A stretch of DNA of 64,000 nucleotides from Felis catus (Eukaryota). Position numbers and translations under genes: made by a program. Shown here piece after piece: positions 1 through 12,990 of this stretch (the stretch's first letter is position 1; every line of letters starts with the position of its first letter). The stretch is from positions 178,438,001 through 178,502,000 of the forward strand of contig NC_058368.1 in assembly GCF_018350175.1 (NCBI RefSeq). Reading direction: 5' to 3'. The notes under the pieces are model-generated. The model did no database searches and was not told the origin of the DNA. It saw nothing but the letters and a program-made list of their open reading frames with translations.

Positions 1-520
1 CCGCAGCCTGCTCGGTGCCGGACACGGGGCGGCGCGCCCGCCGGCCGAGGCTCCCGAGCCAGCGGCGCGTGCGGTGCGGGAGGCGCTCGCCCGCCCCTGC
101 TGCCGCACGCTCCGCTCCCCTCCCGGCGCTCGGGCTGGCTCTCGGGGGGCCGGGTACCAATCATGAATGAACAGAGCCAGGGACCGCGCGGAGCGGAGCC
201 GCGCGCCCGCCCGCCTGCCCGCGCTCCGGGCGAGTCTGGGGCGCGCGGAGTGGCCGGCGGGTAACCCCGGAGGGGCGGGGCGGGGGGCCGGGCCCACGAG
301 GGGTGCCCGCTGCCCGCGTCGCTGCCCACCGCCCTGCACGCCCGCACCTGCGGGGCCGTGCGCCCCTCCGGGGCTGCACCCCTGGGCGCGCAGACCGAGG
401 TAGGCACCTGGCTGATGGGTGGGGTTCAGGGGGCGGCCGCAGATTGCTCCCCGAGAGAACGTGTGCCTGTGTGTGTGTGTGTGCGCGCGCGCGTGTGTGT
501 GTGTGTTTCTGCGTGTGATC
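1..520 (-). promoter_or_regulatory. CpG-island promoter / probable non-coding first exon of a gene transcribed leftwards out of the window
   Basis: Very GC- and CpG-rich compared with the rest of the window. GC boxes (GGGGCGGGGC) at ~272-290, CCAAT at ~157-161, Inr-like TTCATT on the - strand at 166-171. Strand is inferred; possible + strand donors (GGGTAACC ~259, AGGTAGGC ~398) leave it open. Confidence 0.75.
468..506. repeat. (TG)n(CG)n(TG)n compound microsatellite
   Basis: Unbroken purine/pyrimidine alternation read directly from the sequence. Confidence 0.95.
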
Positions 521-2329
521 CGCTATTTCATTTGACTTCAAGGGAAATCTTATTTAACCCACCACCTGAATTCGCGGGATGGGGAGAAAGTCTGCCCCAC
601 CCAGGGAGAGATGAAAAACATACATCCAATTGGGTTGTCATGGGAGGAAGGGACCCTCCTGCTCCTGGCCAGGGCCACCCTCTACTGATGGAAAATTGGG
701 GGAGAGGGGCAGAGGAGCCCCTGTGGGCCTTGACTTTTCTTTTTCGTTTCTCCCCTCTTTCTGTCCCTCCTTCATCCTTCTACATCCTCCTGCGTCCCCC
801 TCCCCCAATAATTTCTTAGCCATCAGCTACAGGGCAGGCTGAGAGTTAGTGCTGTGGGGGTAAAGGCTGAATTTAAGAAACAGTCTCCCTGCTGTGAGTT
901 TTCCCTCCAGACCACGCAGAACCGCAACGGCTATCTGTGTCTCATGCAAAAGGGCAAAGTGTGGGTTCACTCTTGTGGGTTCTCCTCAGCTCTCTGTGGT
1001 GCTGAAATGCAGTCTGCTCCCTGGAAGCCTGAGGAGAAGGCACCCTCGTTCCATGCAGGAGCCGCCTCAGTTTCCACCACACACTATGCTTGCACATCAC
1101 AGGGTCCCGCAACACATGGCCTCACCAAAACACACATACTTACACAAAACTATGGGCACAGTCCCACAAGTCCCACTTTGACATTACTGTGTTATACACA
1201 CAGACTCACTCAGCCCATAATACCCTCAGGTGCATCCTCAGGACCCCACACAAGATCCAGACACACGACCACAGAGGCACAGAGACGTGCACACAGCAAT
1301 GCAAAATGGCATCACGATTACCCACATTTATGCAGGCTCAAAGCTGCACAGGCATATAGTCATACCTCAAGGATAGAGGGTGCCTCAGGAGCTATTTCCT
1401 GTCATTCCAGCCCATTAGCTGCCCCTTCAGGGACAAAGGTGGCCTGAGTCTTGGCCAGGGACCCTGAGTAATTTTCTTTACCTATTCAGCGCTTAATTCT
1501 TTCTCAGATCCAAACACATGTCATATTCTGTGCAACAGGGAAGGTGTACTTAATAACATCTGTCCCTGTCATTTGCAGTCCCCTGTGCTGTGTATAACAC
1601 ACACCATCCCATGCCCTGTGAAGTTAGACAGGTCATGTCTAATCATTACTGTAGCAAGAAACTGAGGTTTACCAAGAGTAAAGGATTTGCCTGAAGTGAC
1701 TTAGCCAGAATATGGGATTAGAACTTGGGGTGCAGGGCTCTGTTACTACCTCTTGTTGGCAGGTGGGGATGCTGGGGGCCCCTGAGCTGGGGAGATCTCT
1801 TCTGGGTCCCACCAGATTCAAAGCTTCAGCTTTTGTAAGTGCCAGGGTTTATCTGTCTGTGTCCATGAGGCCTAGAGTCCTGGCTGATGAATAGGATTGG
1901 TAGAGGCTGGCCCCCTGCCTCCTGCCTGTGCTCCCTGCTGGAGAAGAAGGGTGGGGGTGGGGGTGGGGTTGAAGCCACGGGTCAGGAGAGGACCCATCAG
2001 GATGGCCAGGACTCAAGGAACAGAGGAGAGAGCTCTGCCAGGGAGAGGGTGGTGCAGCCTTCTAGTGCCCCTGGACCCTCAGGCACCTGCTCATCTCTAC
2101 ACTACCTGCAGACGAGAACCAGCACTTGAGAGTTTACAGAAGACTAGGATGCTACTCTTGCATTTCTTCTTCTTCCCTGTGACTGTATGAAGAGGCAGAG
2201 TGGAGATGAATTGCTCCATTTTACAGATCAGAGATAGTAAAGTACCCCTGGAGGAGTTTCCGACTGGCTGCCTCTGAGCCATGAGAATAAAGTCAAGCCA
2301 CCAAGATAAACTCCAAACTGAGGAGCATG

Positions 2330-2796
2330 CATTATGAGGCCCTTTTGTGACCTGACTTCATCTCCCAATCACCTTGCTCTCTGGTGCTCCCTGCGGGGCC
2401 CCAGCCACACAGAACCTCACTGGTGCCCTCTAGGGTTGTGCTTCAGGGCCTTTGCACGTGCTATTCCTGCTGCCTAGGATGTCCCTCACCCCTTTCACCC
2501 CTCACATCCTGGACCATCTAATTCAAGTATCACTTGCTCCAGGAATACCTTCCTGGCCCTGAACTGGTGCTTGCCTCAGGGGTTCCTGCGGCACTCGGGC
2601 CTTTGTGCCCATCAGAAAACTCATTTCCTTGGTTCTCATTGTGCCTTTCCTGTCTGTGTCTCCCTCTGCACGGAGAGTACCTTGGGAGCAGGGACCACTA
2701 CTGATTTAGCTCCTCACTGTCTACTTAACCCCTCATTTCTAACAGGGGTGCAGTCAATCTGTGCTGAGTGAATGAATGAATGAATGAATGAATGAA
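2330..2796 (+). mobile_element. L2 LINE 3' end with (TGAA)n tail
   Basis: CAGGGCCTTTGCACGTGCTATTCC motif and terminal TGAATGAATGAA repeats. Confidence 0.75.
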
Positions 2797-3331
2797 TTTT
2801 CTTTGCTCAGCGAACCAATTATTACGTAAAAACTGGTGATTACCAGGTCGTCCTAGCTCTTCAAAGGAAGAAGCACACTCCCCTAAGTAAAGATTCATTT
2901 ATTCAACAAATATTTATTCATTCATATGTCAACCATGTACCAGATATTTACACGCACAATAGCTCACTTATTCCTGGTGATGCCCTGTGTGGTAAGCATT
3001 ATCTATAGATAAATGGACACACACATGCACTGTATGATGCGGCAGACATTGCCCAGGAAAGGCTCACAAAGAATGCGTCCAGGGAAGAATGCACGTCAAG
3101 TGTGAGGGAGAAGAGAGAGAAGGCAGCAGACCCGCTCCTGCCTCTTGGAGACTCGCCACAGAGAGCAGAGTACCACGTGGGCAGTTTGTCCTGCTGTCCC
3201 CAACATGTACTCACCGAGGCCATCTTGCCAGCCCTGTCCAGCTGGGGCTTCACTGGCTGTGGCTCCTTCTACTCTTGAAGGTGACCTGATTCATGCCCTA
3301 TGTCCAGGTCTTACCCCTCCCTCATCCACGC

Positions 3332-3729
3332 TCTTATGGGCTGAATGTCTGTGTCTCCTCAAAATGCATATGTTGAAGCCCTAACCCTGAGTGTGGTTGT
3401 ATTTGGAGATGGGACCTAATTAAGGCTAAATGAGGTCACAAGGGTGGGGTCTTGATCCTAGGGGATTAGTGTCCGTAATGTCTTATAAGAACAGACATCA
3501 GAGAGTTCCCCCAACCCCTGCACACATGACTAAGGCAAGGCCTTGTGAGCACACAGGGAGCAGAAGGCAGCCATCTGTAACCCAAGGGGAGAGCTCTCAC
3601 CAGACACCCACCCTGCTGGCACCTTGATCTTGGACTTCCAGTCTCCAGAACTGTGAAAAGATACATTTCTGTTGTTTAAGCCTCCCAGTCTGTGCCATTG
3701 TGTAATAGCAGCCCGAGCTGAGTAATACA
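3332..3729 (+). mobile_element. MaLR solo LTR, MLT1A-like
   Basis: Starts TATGGGCTGAATGTCTGTGTC..AAAATGCATATGTTGAAGCCCTAACC and ends GCAGCCCGAGCTGAGTAATACA. Flanks CACGC/CACCC fit a decayed 5-bp TSD. Confidence 0.85.
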
Positions 3730-4024
3730 CACCCACGGCGCCTGTCCATGCCCTCAGAAAGCTCTGGAGGCAAGGCCTTCCCTTTCCTCTGACATAAGCA
3801 CCCGTGTAGCACTCCTTAGGGTATTCCTGGAAGGCTGTTCAGGGAAGAAGGGGTGAAATGGTCAGAGACCTGCAGGGATCCTTTTGAAAGCATGCCCCTG
3901 CTTGTCTGTGTAACACACAAGCCATGTTCCCTCCCCCCACTGTCATGTGCTCACTCACCCCTGTTTCTTTCCATCCTTGCCGGCTGGGAAATTCAGTAAG
4001 TTCCCACCACCCGTGGAAGCAGCA

Positions 4025-4240
4025 GTGTCAGATTAAGAGCGTGGATCTGGTGGTGCTGCTAGATGGGGGTTCAAGTCTTGATTTTGCTGCTTTTTAACTG
4101 TGTGACCTGGAGCCTGAGGAGTACCTTCTCTGCACCCTACTTTCACCTTCTGTGGATTACATTAGTACCTACCTTATAGTGCTGCTGTGAGGGCTTGGAG
4201 GTGATGTAAGGCCCTTGGTAGGTGCCCAGCACACAGTGTG
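4025..4240 (+). mobile_element. MIR SINE
   Basis: TTAAGAGCGTGGA..GGGTTCAAGTC..CTGTGTGACCTG..TAGTACCTACCTTATAG core. Confidence 0.7.
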
Positions 4241-4877
4241 GCCAGTTACGGAGGGCAGACTGCCACTGTCACTGTTGCTGTGGGCCAGGTATCGTGCTGG
4301 GTTAGAGGGGTATAGAAATGAGTCAGCCACAGCCCTTCCCCTTGGCTTCCATCTTTGCTCTTCATCTGTTTCATAGGAAGTCTATTCTCAGGGTCCCCAT
4401 CTGGTATTAAAAGACTCAGATTAGTTAAGGAAGGGAATGTGGTTGGCACCTGATTATGTGCAATTCAGCACTATGCTAGCTGCTGTCTTGTACCATTTCC
4501 CAAATGTTCTGCATGCATAAGTCTGGCCTCCTCAAATAGATCCTGAGTTTTTAGAAAGCAAAGCAGGCACCCCTCTACCCTGCCCCCATCCACCATGGCT
4601 CGCCCAGACCCAGGACATCCCAAGTGTTCTGCAAACACTCACGCTGAGATCAGCAGGATAGGGGAAAGGGTACCATCATTTAGCCCTGGGATCAAGTCCC
4701 ACTTCTCTTACCAAATGTACCTCTGGGCCTGGGCTACTTCTCTCTGAAACACGAACAAAGTCCTTTCAAGGGTGGTGTGAGGATTGGGTCAGATAAAGTA
4801 AAGGGAAAATACTTTGTTCCCCTGCAAAGCAGTCACAAATGTCCTTTATTATTATTTGCTCTGGGCCTTATTTAATT

Positions 4878-5110
4878 ATTCATTCAATCAACAAATACTT
4901 ATTAAGCATGATCCACCTGCTAGGCACCATTCTAAATAATGAACAAAAAGAGGCAGGAGTCTCTGCCTTCAGGGAGTTGGCAGGGTAGGACCAGAGGCTA
5001 TCAGATCCTCTTACCATTACAAACTGTGACCAGACTGGCCAGGAGGAGGGGACAGATGAGTTTGGGATGAGGTGGGGTGGGGAGGGGATGCTCAAAGCCA
5101 GTAGGATGAA
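4878..5110 (-). mobile_element. L2 3' fragment
   Basis: TCATTCAATCAACAAATACTTATTAAGCA..CTAGGCAC..CTGCCTTCAGGGAGTT. Confidence 0.65.
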
Positions 5111-5989
5111 CCTTTTGCAAACTACAAAGTTATGTCACAACTGAGTATAGAACCTCAGAAGGCAGGGAGTTAGATACAGCTTTCAAGTCAAGGAGATCAG
5201 GTTGCAAATGCTGGGTTTGTTGGGTGACCTCAAGCAAGTTATTTGACCTGGGAGAGCTTCAGTTTCAGCAATCTGCAAGCAGAATAATTCCGCCAGCCTC
5301 AGTTGCAGGGTGAGGCTGAAAGTGATCATGATTACAAACGTGCCTGGCAGGGGGTCTCTCGCCTAGAACAGTCCTGGCCCAGAAAATGCTAACTCCATTC
5401 CTCAGTTTCCCCTTCTAGTATTTTTTGTAAACAACTTCTTCACCCCCTTTCCCAGGAGGAAAAGATCTTGGAGTAGGACCTGGGCTGGGGAATTGTCTCT
5501 CTGAGGCCACATCCTTAATGCATCGACAATGACCTTATCTGTCAAGGTTGAGTGTGACCTTTCAGGGAGCAAAACTCATTCTTGGAAGCCAGGTCACAGG
5601 CTCTGTCTTTGATGTCCTGATGGCTGCGCTGCCCCAAGGGTTCCCCCTTCATGCTCCAGTGCTGGAACAGTCTCTCTACCAGGGGCTGAAATGAGTTCAG
5701 ACAGAGTGCAGCCACCCACGCAGCCCAGACACTGGCAGCAAAGCACTTCCAAGTTACCCAGATCCAACGAGGGGGGAGGACATTCCAGAGCATGTTGGCT
5801 TTCAATTATCTAAAGCAACATACATAATGTGTCCTGAGAAGTCATGGGTGCCCTCCTTAGGCCAGGCACAAGGTAAGTACTTCGTGAAATTGATCAGAAG
5901 GCTTTCTGCGGGTATATGGAAGGCTGGGTAGAAGGAGGAAGGGTGGAGAGGGAGGTAGATTTAAATATGTTCAAATAAACATTTAAATA

Positions 5990-6133
5990 TCCAAGGAAAC
6001 CTGTGAACCTTCTCCCCCAAAGTAGCCATGCATGGGTACACATACACTCACACCTTGCATAAAATTTTATGGAGTTTACAACTCTCCCACATGAAGCACA
6101 TCCGTGGACGCCTAGTTAAGAAACTCCGCACTA
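5990..6133. mobile_element. hAT-Charlie-type DNA transposon fragment
   Basis: TGAAGCACATCCGTGGACGCCTAGTTAAGAAACTCC resembles a Charlie-group terminus. Confidence 0.45.
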
Positions 6134-6919
6134 CAGGGGGAAAGATTCTAAGGGATTTTATACAGTCATTTCTTAGCTGCCTGACTTAAACTTGTCTGAA
6201 CTTCAGTGTCAACATCTGTAAAATGGGTGTAAATAATTGCACCTATTTCTAAAGGCTGTTGTAAGGATTAAATGAGTGCTGGTCTTTGTTAATCTCCTCA
6301 CTAAACTGCATTCACTCACTCACTTGTTCATTCAGTCACAAGTTAGTGAGTGCCTCCTGTTCCATCACACCCTGAGCTGATCTCTGGGGCTGCAGAAGTT
6401 TATGCTCACTTGCTTGGGGGACTCACAGTCTAAGAGGGCAAAGGGCAGATAAGCAACTCACGATAACACCCCAGACTTCACCAAGAATGAGTGGGAATGA
6501 CTACTCTAGCTCTGCTGCTGAGAAAAACAGCCTATGACTCTGGCCAGGTTGGCTCCCACCAAAAGTCCTGGGAAAAGCAAGTGTTTGGACTCAGCAAGGT
6601 CAGGGGCCTAGATCAGGGTATGAGGGCACAGGTCAGAGTGGAAGCAGGGTGGAGAAAGGCACAGGGCTGGAGGTAGTGGAGGGTAGAGTCAGGGGCAGAG
6701 TAGGACTGAGATGGGGCGGGGTGACCCTGGACAGTTGCCATTGCCAGAGTTGTGTGACACTGAAGTGGCTGGGGCAATGAGGACAGAAATCAGGGCAGAA
6801 TTTCTAAAGTATGTGCAGAATATGGATCCATAATCTCCTTGGGTAAATGTGCTGGAGATTGTCATGTTCACTCCCCTCCTTTAGTCTCCTTAGATTATAT
6901 AACCATTGCCTGAACAATG

Positions 6920-7130
6920 GTAGCCACTGTCCGTGGAGTTTTTACTATGTGCCGGTTTGTTCCTGGTCCCATTACTCATTTCAGTAAGGTGGGTATCCTC
7001 ATTATCCCCCATTTTATAGAGGATGCAACCAAAGCACAGAGAGGTTAAGTGACCTGCCCAAAGTCACACAGCAAGAAGTGGTAGAGCTGGCTTTGAACTT
7101 GATGGTCTGACTCCAGATCCCACACTCCCT
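6920..7130 (-). mobile_element. MIR SINE
   Basis: ATTATCCCCATTTTATAGAGGATG..AGAGAGGTTAAGTGACCTGCCCAAAGTCACACAGC. Confidence 0.8.
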
Positions 7131-8589
7131 TTCTGGCTCCAAGCCCTCCTGCTCTACTGTAACTTATTTTTTCTACCACTGTTTCTCTGGGAGGCTACAA
7201 TTCACTGGGGACTCACAGGTATGGTCTGACTTCTTAGAGCCAAGGGACAAACGTGAAGGGGAGGTCCCGTGGGTCCTGGCCCTCTGGCCGGTGCTTGTGG
7301 TGGTTGCAGCTTCCATCCAAACCCTTACTGCCTGGGGGCTACAGCCATACCCACCTGCCTATGGGAATGCAGAAAAGCACACAGGGTCTGTTTTCCCTCT
7401 GTGGCTTCAACAAACTGAAGACCCCAGGGGAAATGAGCAGGGGAGGGGGGAAGGAGCAGCAGCCATGCTGTGTGATGATTAGTAATAATGCCAGCGATGA
7501 GCGCCCCTGGCCCTACACGGCCCACTGAACCTGTCAGCGCTGGCTCCCAGCTTCCCAGCTAGGCGGCTGCGGCCACAATTGGAGCCTGAGGAAGAAAAGA
7601 AAAAAAAAAAAAAAAAAACCCAGGAGCAGGGAGAGAGGGAGGAAGGAAGTGGGGAGAAAAGTCATGGTCGCCTCCATGCTGAGGACTGACTCTGGGACAG
7701 AGCTGCAGAAAGGAGGCAACATAAAACTACAAGATAACAGTGGAAGTTTCTTCTGTTGTTTCCTGTGACCACAGACCCTGCCCCACACTTGAGACCTGTG
7801 GCACTCACTGCCTGAGGCAATATGACACAGAAACAATGGGGCCACCTTCTTAGATTTTGACTTACAAAGGCTCTGGTCTGATAGAAGGCCTAGAAGAATG
7901 GGGCTTGGAGATTGGGTTTGTCCTTGACCCACCTCAGGCAAAGCACCATTCAGCAATGAAGCCCCCAGACTCCAGTGGAATCTGGGGGGCAGGGGGGCCC
8001 TTCCCCTTTCCCAAGTGGAGTCTGGGAGAGTGGACATGACCCCAAGTGGCCCTCCCAGCCCTGCCCGTCCTCTATGCAGCACAGTGCCCACTCCACTAGT
8101 CTGTGTGACTTTGCTGCGAGAAGGATCCTGACTTGTTTCTCCTAGCTGAGCCTGGCAAGGAAAGGAATCTTTCCCCCACACTCAACAGAGGCATGGCCCA
8201 CCATGCCCCCAAAGAGTGGGCAAACCTTAGATGCAGGCCAGGCGCCCCAGCTATGACCTGGATGGCAGAGGGACCACAGAATGCTCAGGAACCAGGACGT
8301 CTCAGAGGCCACCTGCCTGGAAAGGCTACAGAGCAGAGGTCGAGTATACCCCACCGCTCAAGGCTTCATAAGCCCCCAGAAGAATATTCAGGCAATGCCG
8401 AGGAGACAGGAGTATTGTGAGTTTCTTGAGATTTCATTTCTGTCCCCAAGAAGAGTGGGGCTTTGGAATAGAAATTAAGTTCGGCACTTTAAGAAATAAA
8501 CCAAGTAGCACTTGAGGCACACCAGGGGAAGTTGCCTGAAATCCTTAGCTACCCATAAAACAGTGCTCAAAATACCTCTGTCTCTGCTC

Positions 8590-8720
8590 TCTCCTCCATT
8601 TTAGGCATTAGCAAATTGGAGGTCAGAGAGGTGAAGTGATTTGCCCATGGCCACAAAACTGGAGATAGCTGGAGAGTCAGAGTTTGAACCCAGTTCTGTC
8701 TGTCTTCAAAGCCCATGCTA
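8590..8720 (-). mobile_element. MIR SINE core
   Basis: GAGGTCAGAGAGGTGAAGTGATTTGCCCATGGCCACA..TTTGAACCCAG. Confidence 0.75.
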
Positions 8721-11084
8721 TTACCCACGAAGGAAAGAAAGGGGAGGGAAGAGAAAGAAGTGGGGGGAGGGGGAAGCAGAGCAGTGTCAGGAAGAACAGG
8801 AGGGGTGAGGGGGTGCTTTCCACTCACGGTCCTCCCTGAGGATGCCCTGGGTCAGAAGAGAGGGGCTGCAAGGAAGCTTTGTTTTGGCTTAGAGGACCAC
8901 GATGGGTCATGGGTCATGTGCACTGACACTGGCACCCAGGTAGCCTGGCTTGCAGCTGGCAGGGTGGAGGGAAGGGTAATGCAGTACCTCCAAAAGCAGG
9001 AACACCATCCCTCCTCCCGAACGCCCCTAGGAGCCCCCTTCTTGAGAGGCCGCACTGGCCTCCTCCTCCACTCCCTCTGTATAGAGGCTCCCTTCCCGGG
9101 AGGCCGCAAGGCATTGCTTTAACCACAGTGGCACTTCAAGATGACTTCTGTGTCCGTTGTTCCTTCTTGCCCCGGCTGGCCCCTAGTGAGCGAGGGGATT
9201 GGGAGCTCTAGCAGGTGCTTGGGGGAACTAATTGACAGTCCAGGGCTCTCTTTCCCTGAGCTGGCATTTGCATGCTGCATTAGTATTCTTGCCCACAGCT
9301 CAGGGCTGTTCTGGATGGAGGATGCTATGCAGATGAGCATCGAGCCTGGTGTGTGATGGGGACCTGATGCAGTTTGCTAGGAATCAAGGCTACCGAGGAA
9401 GAGGAGGCCGAGGGAGGCTGCAGAAGAGACCGGGGCTCTTCTCCTGGTTCCTACATTGCCAGTCCCTGAAATCTGTCATCTGTGAAGTATGAGCTCCCAA
9501 CCAGTCCCTGCAATGATTTGACAGCACTGCTGAGCCCTTGCTCTGCCCCACCTGTGCTGGGGTGGTAGCAGAGATGCAGAGAGAGGTGAGGTGGGCTCGG
9601 TCCTGGCCCTTAAGAAGCTCCTGTCCTGTAGGGACACAGTGACGTACAGAGTCCATCTGAGGACTAGGGGATGGGCCTATAGCAATCAGCTGAGAAGCCA
9701 CACCAGCTCCGAGAAGAGAAGTCTAACTCAACCTGCAGGAAGAAGACTGGGGGGACGGGGCAGTCAAGCAAGCCTTTTCAAAACAGGAGATGCTGGAACT
9801 GGGTCTTAAAAGACAAATATGAATTTAGCAGCCACACATCACTGTAAACACGTGACTAGGTTCAGGGACCATCTCCTAAGCAGCTCCATGAGAGCCACAG
9901 TCTATTTTGCTCCCATGGGAGTGTCTCACTGGCCAGGGCAGCAATGCACCGTTGGTCCCATTTATGGGGACCTATAGTTGGATGGACTTTGGGGAATGCT
10001 GGCCCAGGCACCACGTGTCCCCATGTGACAGATGATTAAAGTGAGCAACTGAGTCATCCCAAAACATCTCCAGGGATGGGAGCTTCCTGGCTTCTGTATG
10101 CAACCTGCTTTGGGGTTTTATCGTGCCCAGAGCTAGGAAGTGACTTCTAATGTCTTACCGGTCTGCTAAACTGAAGGACACTTACTCTTTATATTCCAGA
10201 AAGAAGGGAATGGAATGCCTTGTTCAGGAGCCCTTTGTGCAAACTACCAGAGCCACACAAAGCTCTGATCACCCCAAGCCAAGCCCTCAGGTAGGAGGGG
10301 AAGCTCAGGTAGGTGGGAGATACAGCTATTTTCTACAGTGGAAACTGAATGACTAGGGAAGGGGGTGGCTAAGGGACTTGGGCTGTATCCCAGGCTCTAA
10401 ATCTGGATGTGCCCTCATCTCAAAAACTCTGATTCTCTCCAGAGTTGTACCCTCTTTTAGGGTTATGTTACTCAAAGCTAAAAAGGACTTCATATGCCAC
10501 TTTACAGATGGCCAGGGGAGGGAAAGAGATTTGCTCAGGGAAATGGATGGAGGGAACAATAGAATTGGGGCTAGAACTCCGGGCTCTGGAAAGGGTCTTG
10601 CATATTTTAAAGTACCAAAAGTTGTCCTCAGAACCAGATTCAAATTTGCTCTTGACTCTCTAAGAGGCATGACATTATGGGCATAGGAAATGTGCCCAAA
10701 ATGGACCTCACTCCTCTTTACTGAAATTCCCTCCAGATGAAGTGATATCAAATAAAGTTTATAGTACAAATTTCTGGAGGAAGTTGGTACTGACCTGGAA
10801 TTCAAACTAAAGTTTAAATGAGATGTTATGCTATAGGCCAGATTTGCTGGCAATTAGGAAGCTTAGCAATGAAGAAGTAAAGGCACTGGAGATTTGAACT
10901 GTATAGAGGGGTGGGGGACCAGGAGAGCAGTCTGGGCCTATAGTAATCAGGGAGGTGATATGTATGTGTTTAAATAACAGTGTGAGTCCTGGTGGAGAAC
11001 CTCTGCACGAAGTAACTTTTTTTTTCTTTACCTACGGCTCAAATGCAGTCTTGTGTGGTGTATCCAGACAGCCAGCCATCTACC

Positions 11085-11575
11085 ATTAATAAATATTCAC
11101 TAGCGATCTGCAGTACCTATCCCCGTTGTAGGTATGGGGATCCACCAGTGACTAAGATGGACATTTTTCCTGCTCTCTGTAGCTTCCGTTCTCATAGAAG
11201 AGAGGTCAGGACACAGTGAACAGCAGTTAAGCAAACAAATAAGGTCATGTCTGCTGATGGTTGGCACTGTAAAGACACCAGGAAGGTCCCTGTGGGAGAG
11301 ATGAAGGGGTCAACCTGAGACAGAAGGCCTCACTGAGAAAGAGGGTTGCTTCTGAAACGTGACTGACAGGCAGAAGTTACTCACACCTAAGTTTTAGGGT
11401 GAGAGAACATGAGGTGAAGGCCTGAGGCCCCGTGGAGGGAGTTTGCTGGGAGCACAGAGAGGGCAGTGGGGTTAGGCCGTGCAGAACAACGGAGGAGGTT
11501 CTAGGGAGGTCAGCTCGCACAGGGTCTGTTGTCCTTGGCACAGTTTGGATTTATGCTAAGGCAAGGAGAGGCCGT
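11085..11575 (-). mobile_element. L2 3' fragment
   Basis: AATAAATATTCACTAGC..GGGGATCCACCAGTGACTAAGATGGACA..CCTGCTCTC..GGCCTCACTGAG. Confidence 0.6.
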
Positions 11576-11582
11576 AGCAGAA

Positions 11583-11960
11583 TATTTTTTCACTTTTTAT
11601 TTAAAAAAAAAAGTGTAGACTCACAAGAAACTGAAAAAATAGTACAGAAAGTTACCCTGTCCCCTTCATCTGGTGTTCCCCCCCCCCGCCCCTGCCTCGT
11701 GTTAGCTTCTTACATAACTATGGCGTAATATCAAAGTCAAGAGACGGACGTCGAATCCAGAGACCTTGTTCAGATCGCCCGGGGTGACACGTGCTCATCT
11801 GTGTGTGTGTGTTCCTGGGCCATTCTATCCCAAGTGTAGACTGCTGTAACTACCACCACAGTCAGGATGGATACCAAACTACTCCATCTCCACAAAACAA
11901 CTTCCTTGTGCTCCCCCTTTATCGTCACCCCATCCCCTTGCACCCTGTCACCATGACAGA
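11583..11960 (-). mobile_element. Old L1 (L1MC-like) 3' end
   Basis: TAGACTCACAAGAAACTGAAAAAATAGTACAGAAAG..TAACTACCACCACAGTCAGGAT. Confidence 0.75.
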
Positions 11961-12830
11961 ATGTTAAGCAGGGAGCCGGAGAGGGAAGATGTGGACCTGT
12001 CCGCTGGGGCAGGGACATAGCCTATGCATCTTCAGAGGCCTCAGAGGCCTCTCAACTGTGAACACAGATTGTTTTGGCTGGCTTTACTTTGCAGCTGAAC
12101 AGCAAGAACAGAAAGACTAAGCAACTCACACAAAGTCACACGGTACAGCTCATGGCTCACTGGATGTCTCCTAATTTAGATGATTCTGACAACTCTCTGC
12201 TGAGCCTGGTGTGCTGGTCACTAGGGGATCGTGGGTTGCGGAGAAGAGAGGCCCGGCCCAAGGCCACCATTGCAAGGCCTCATTCCTCAGTCTCTTGTAC
12301 TTCCCTACCCCCTCTGTCACCCACTTCAAACAGTCCCAGTGAGGAATTGATTAGAAGACACTTGCAAAGTGCCAAGCATAAGGGAAAATCCCTTCTGCAG
12401 TCAGCATGCCAACATTGACCCTAAAGTGTTTGAGAGAAACAGCGGTGCTTCCTCGGGCCTCCCCTCCAGCTTCAGTGAGGAGGGTGGCGATGGGTCCCCT
12501 GGGAGATGGGTGACCAGCCCTCCGATCCTGTAGCTCAGCCCCTTCCTCCAGATGCCTGGCTTACGAGTGTCAGCTCGTGCCCCCTGCATGTGGCAGATGG
12601 CCCAGGCCATCCGTGCATGCAGGAGGCCCTTCCAGTGCTCCTGTTGCTCTGGGTGGGACCCAGTGGCCAAGTTCACTTCCTGAGGCTACACGTTCTGCCC
12701 CACCCTCCAGTGTAGCTCCCAGCAGTAACATAGGAGGGGCCTTCACTGCACCCAAGCTCTCCATCTATTTCTCAAGTGGTCCGGGGAAAAGAGTGGGATT
12801 GATGGGACCAACTCCAAAGCCAACAACCCA

Positions 12831-12990
12831 GGCCCCCTTGGTCACTCAGTCATTTAAGTGTCTGACTCTTGATCTCAGCTCAGGTCTTGATCTCAGGGTC
12901 ATGAGTTCAACCCTGCATTGGGCTCTACCCCGGGCATGAAGTCTACTTAAAAAACCAAAACAAAACAAAACAAAACAACCCCCAAAACAA
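12831..12990 (+). mobile_element. Can-SINE, short older type
   Basis: tRNA-derived head CTCAGTCATTTAAGTGTCTGACTCTTGATCTCAGCTCAGGTCTTGATCTCAGGGTCATGAGTTCAA and a (CAAAA)n tail. Confidence 0.85.

Noticed and set aside
1..180. Gene identity: the reverse complement recalls the 5' UTR of a human neuronal gene (LRFN2 is my tentative recollection)
   Set aside because: Unverified memory with no coding sequence in the window to confirm it, so no symbol is assigned. A BLAST of 1-300 would settle it.
161..819. Overlapping ORFs in the CpG island
   Set aside because: Arg/Pro/Gly/Ala-rich frames expected from GC-rich DNA; several run through a microsatellite; no recognisable domain.
854..1447. 197-aa ORF
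   Set aside because: Non-ATG start; His/Thr bias comes from degenerate CA-rich low-complexity DNA; no family resemblance.
7591..7618. Orphan poly-A run as a retrocopy tail
   Set aside because: No TSD and no recognisable upstream retroelement or mRNA body.
7534..8181. 215-aa ORF, the longest in the track
   Set aside because: Non-ATG start; crosses a poly-A run giving poly-Phe; no recognisable domain or splice context.
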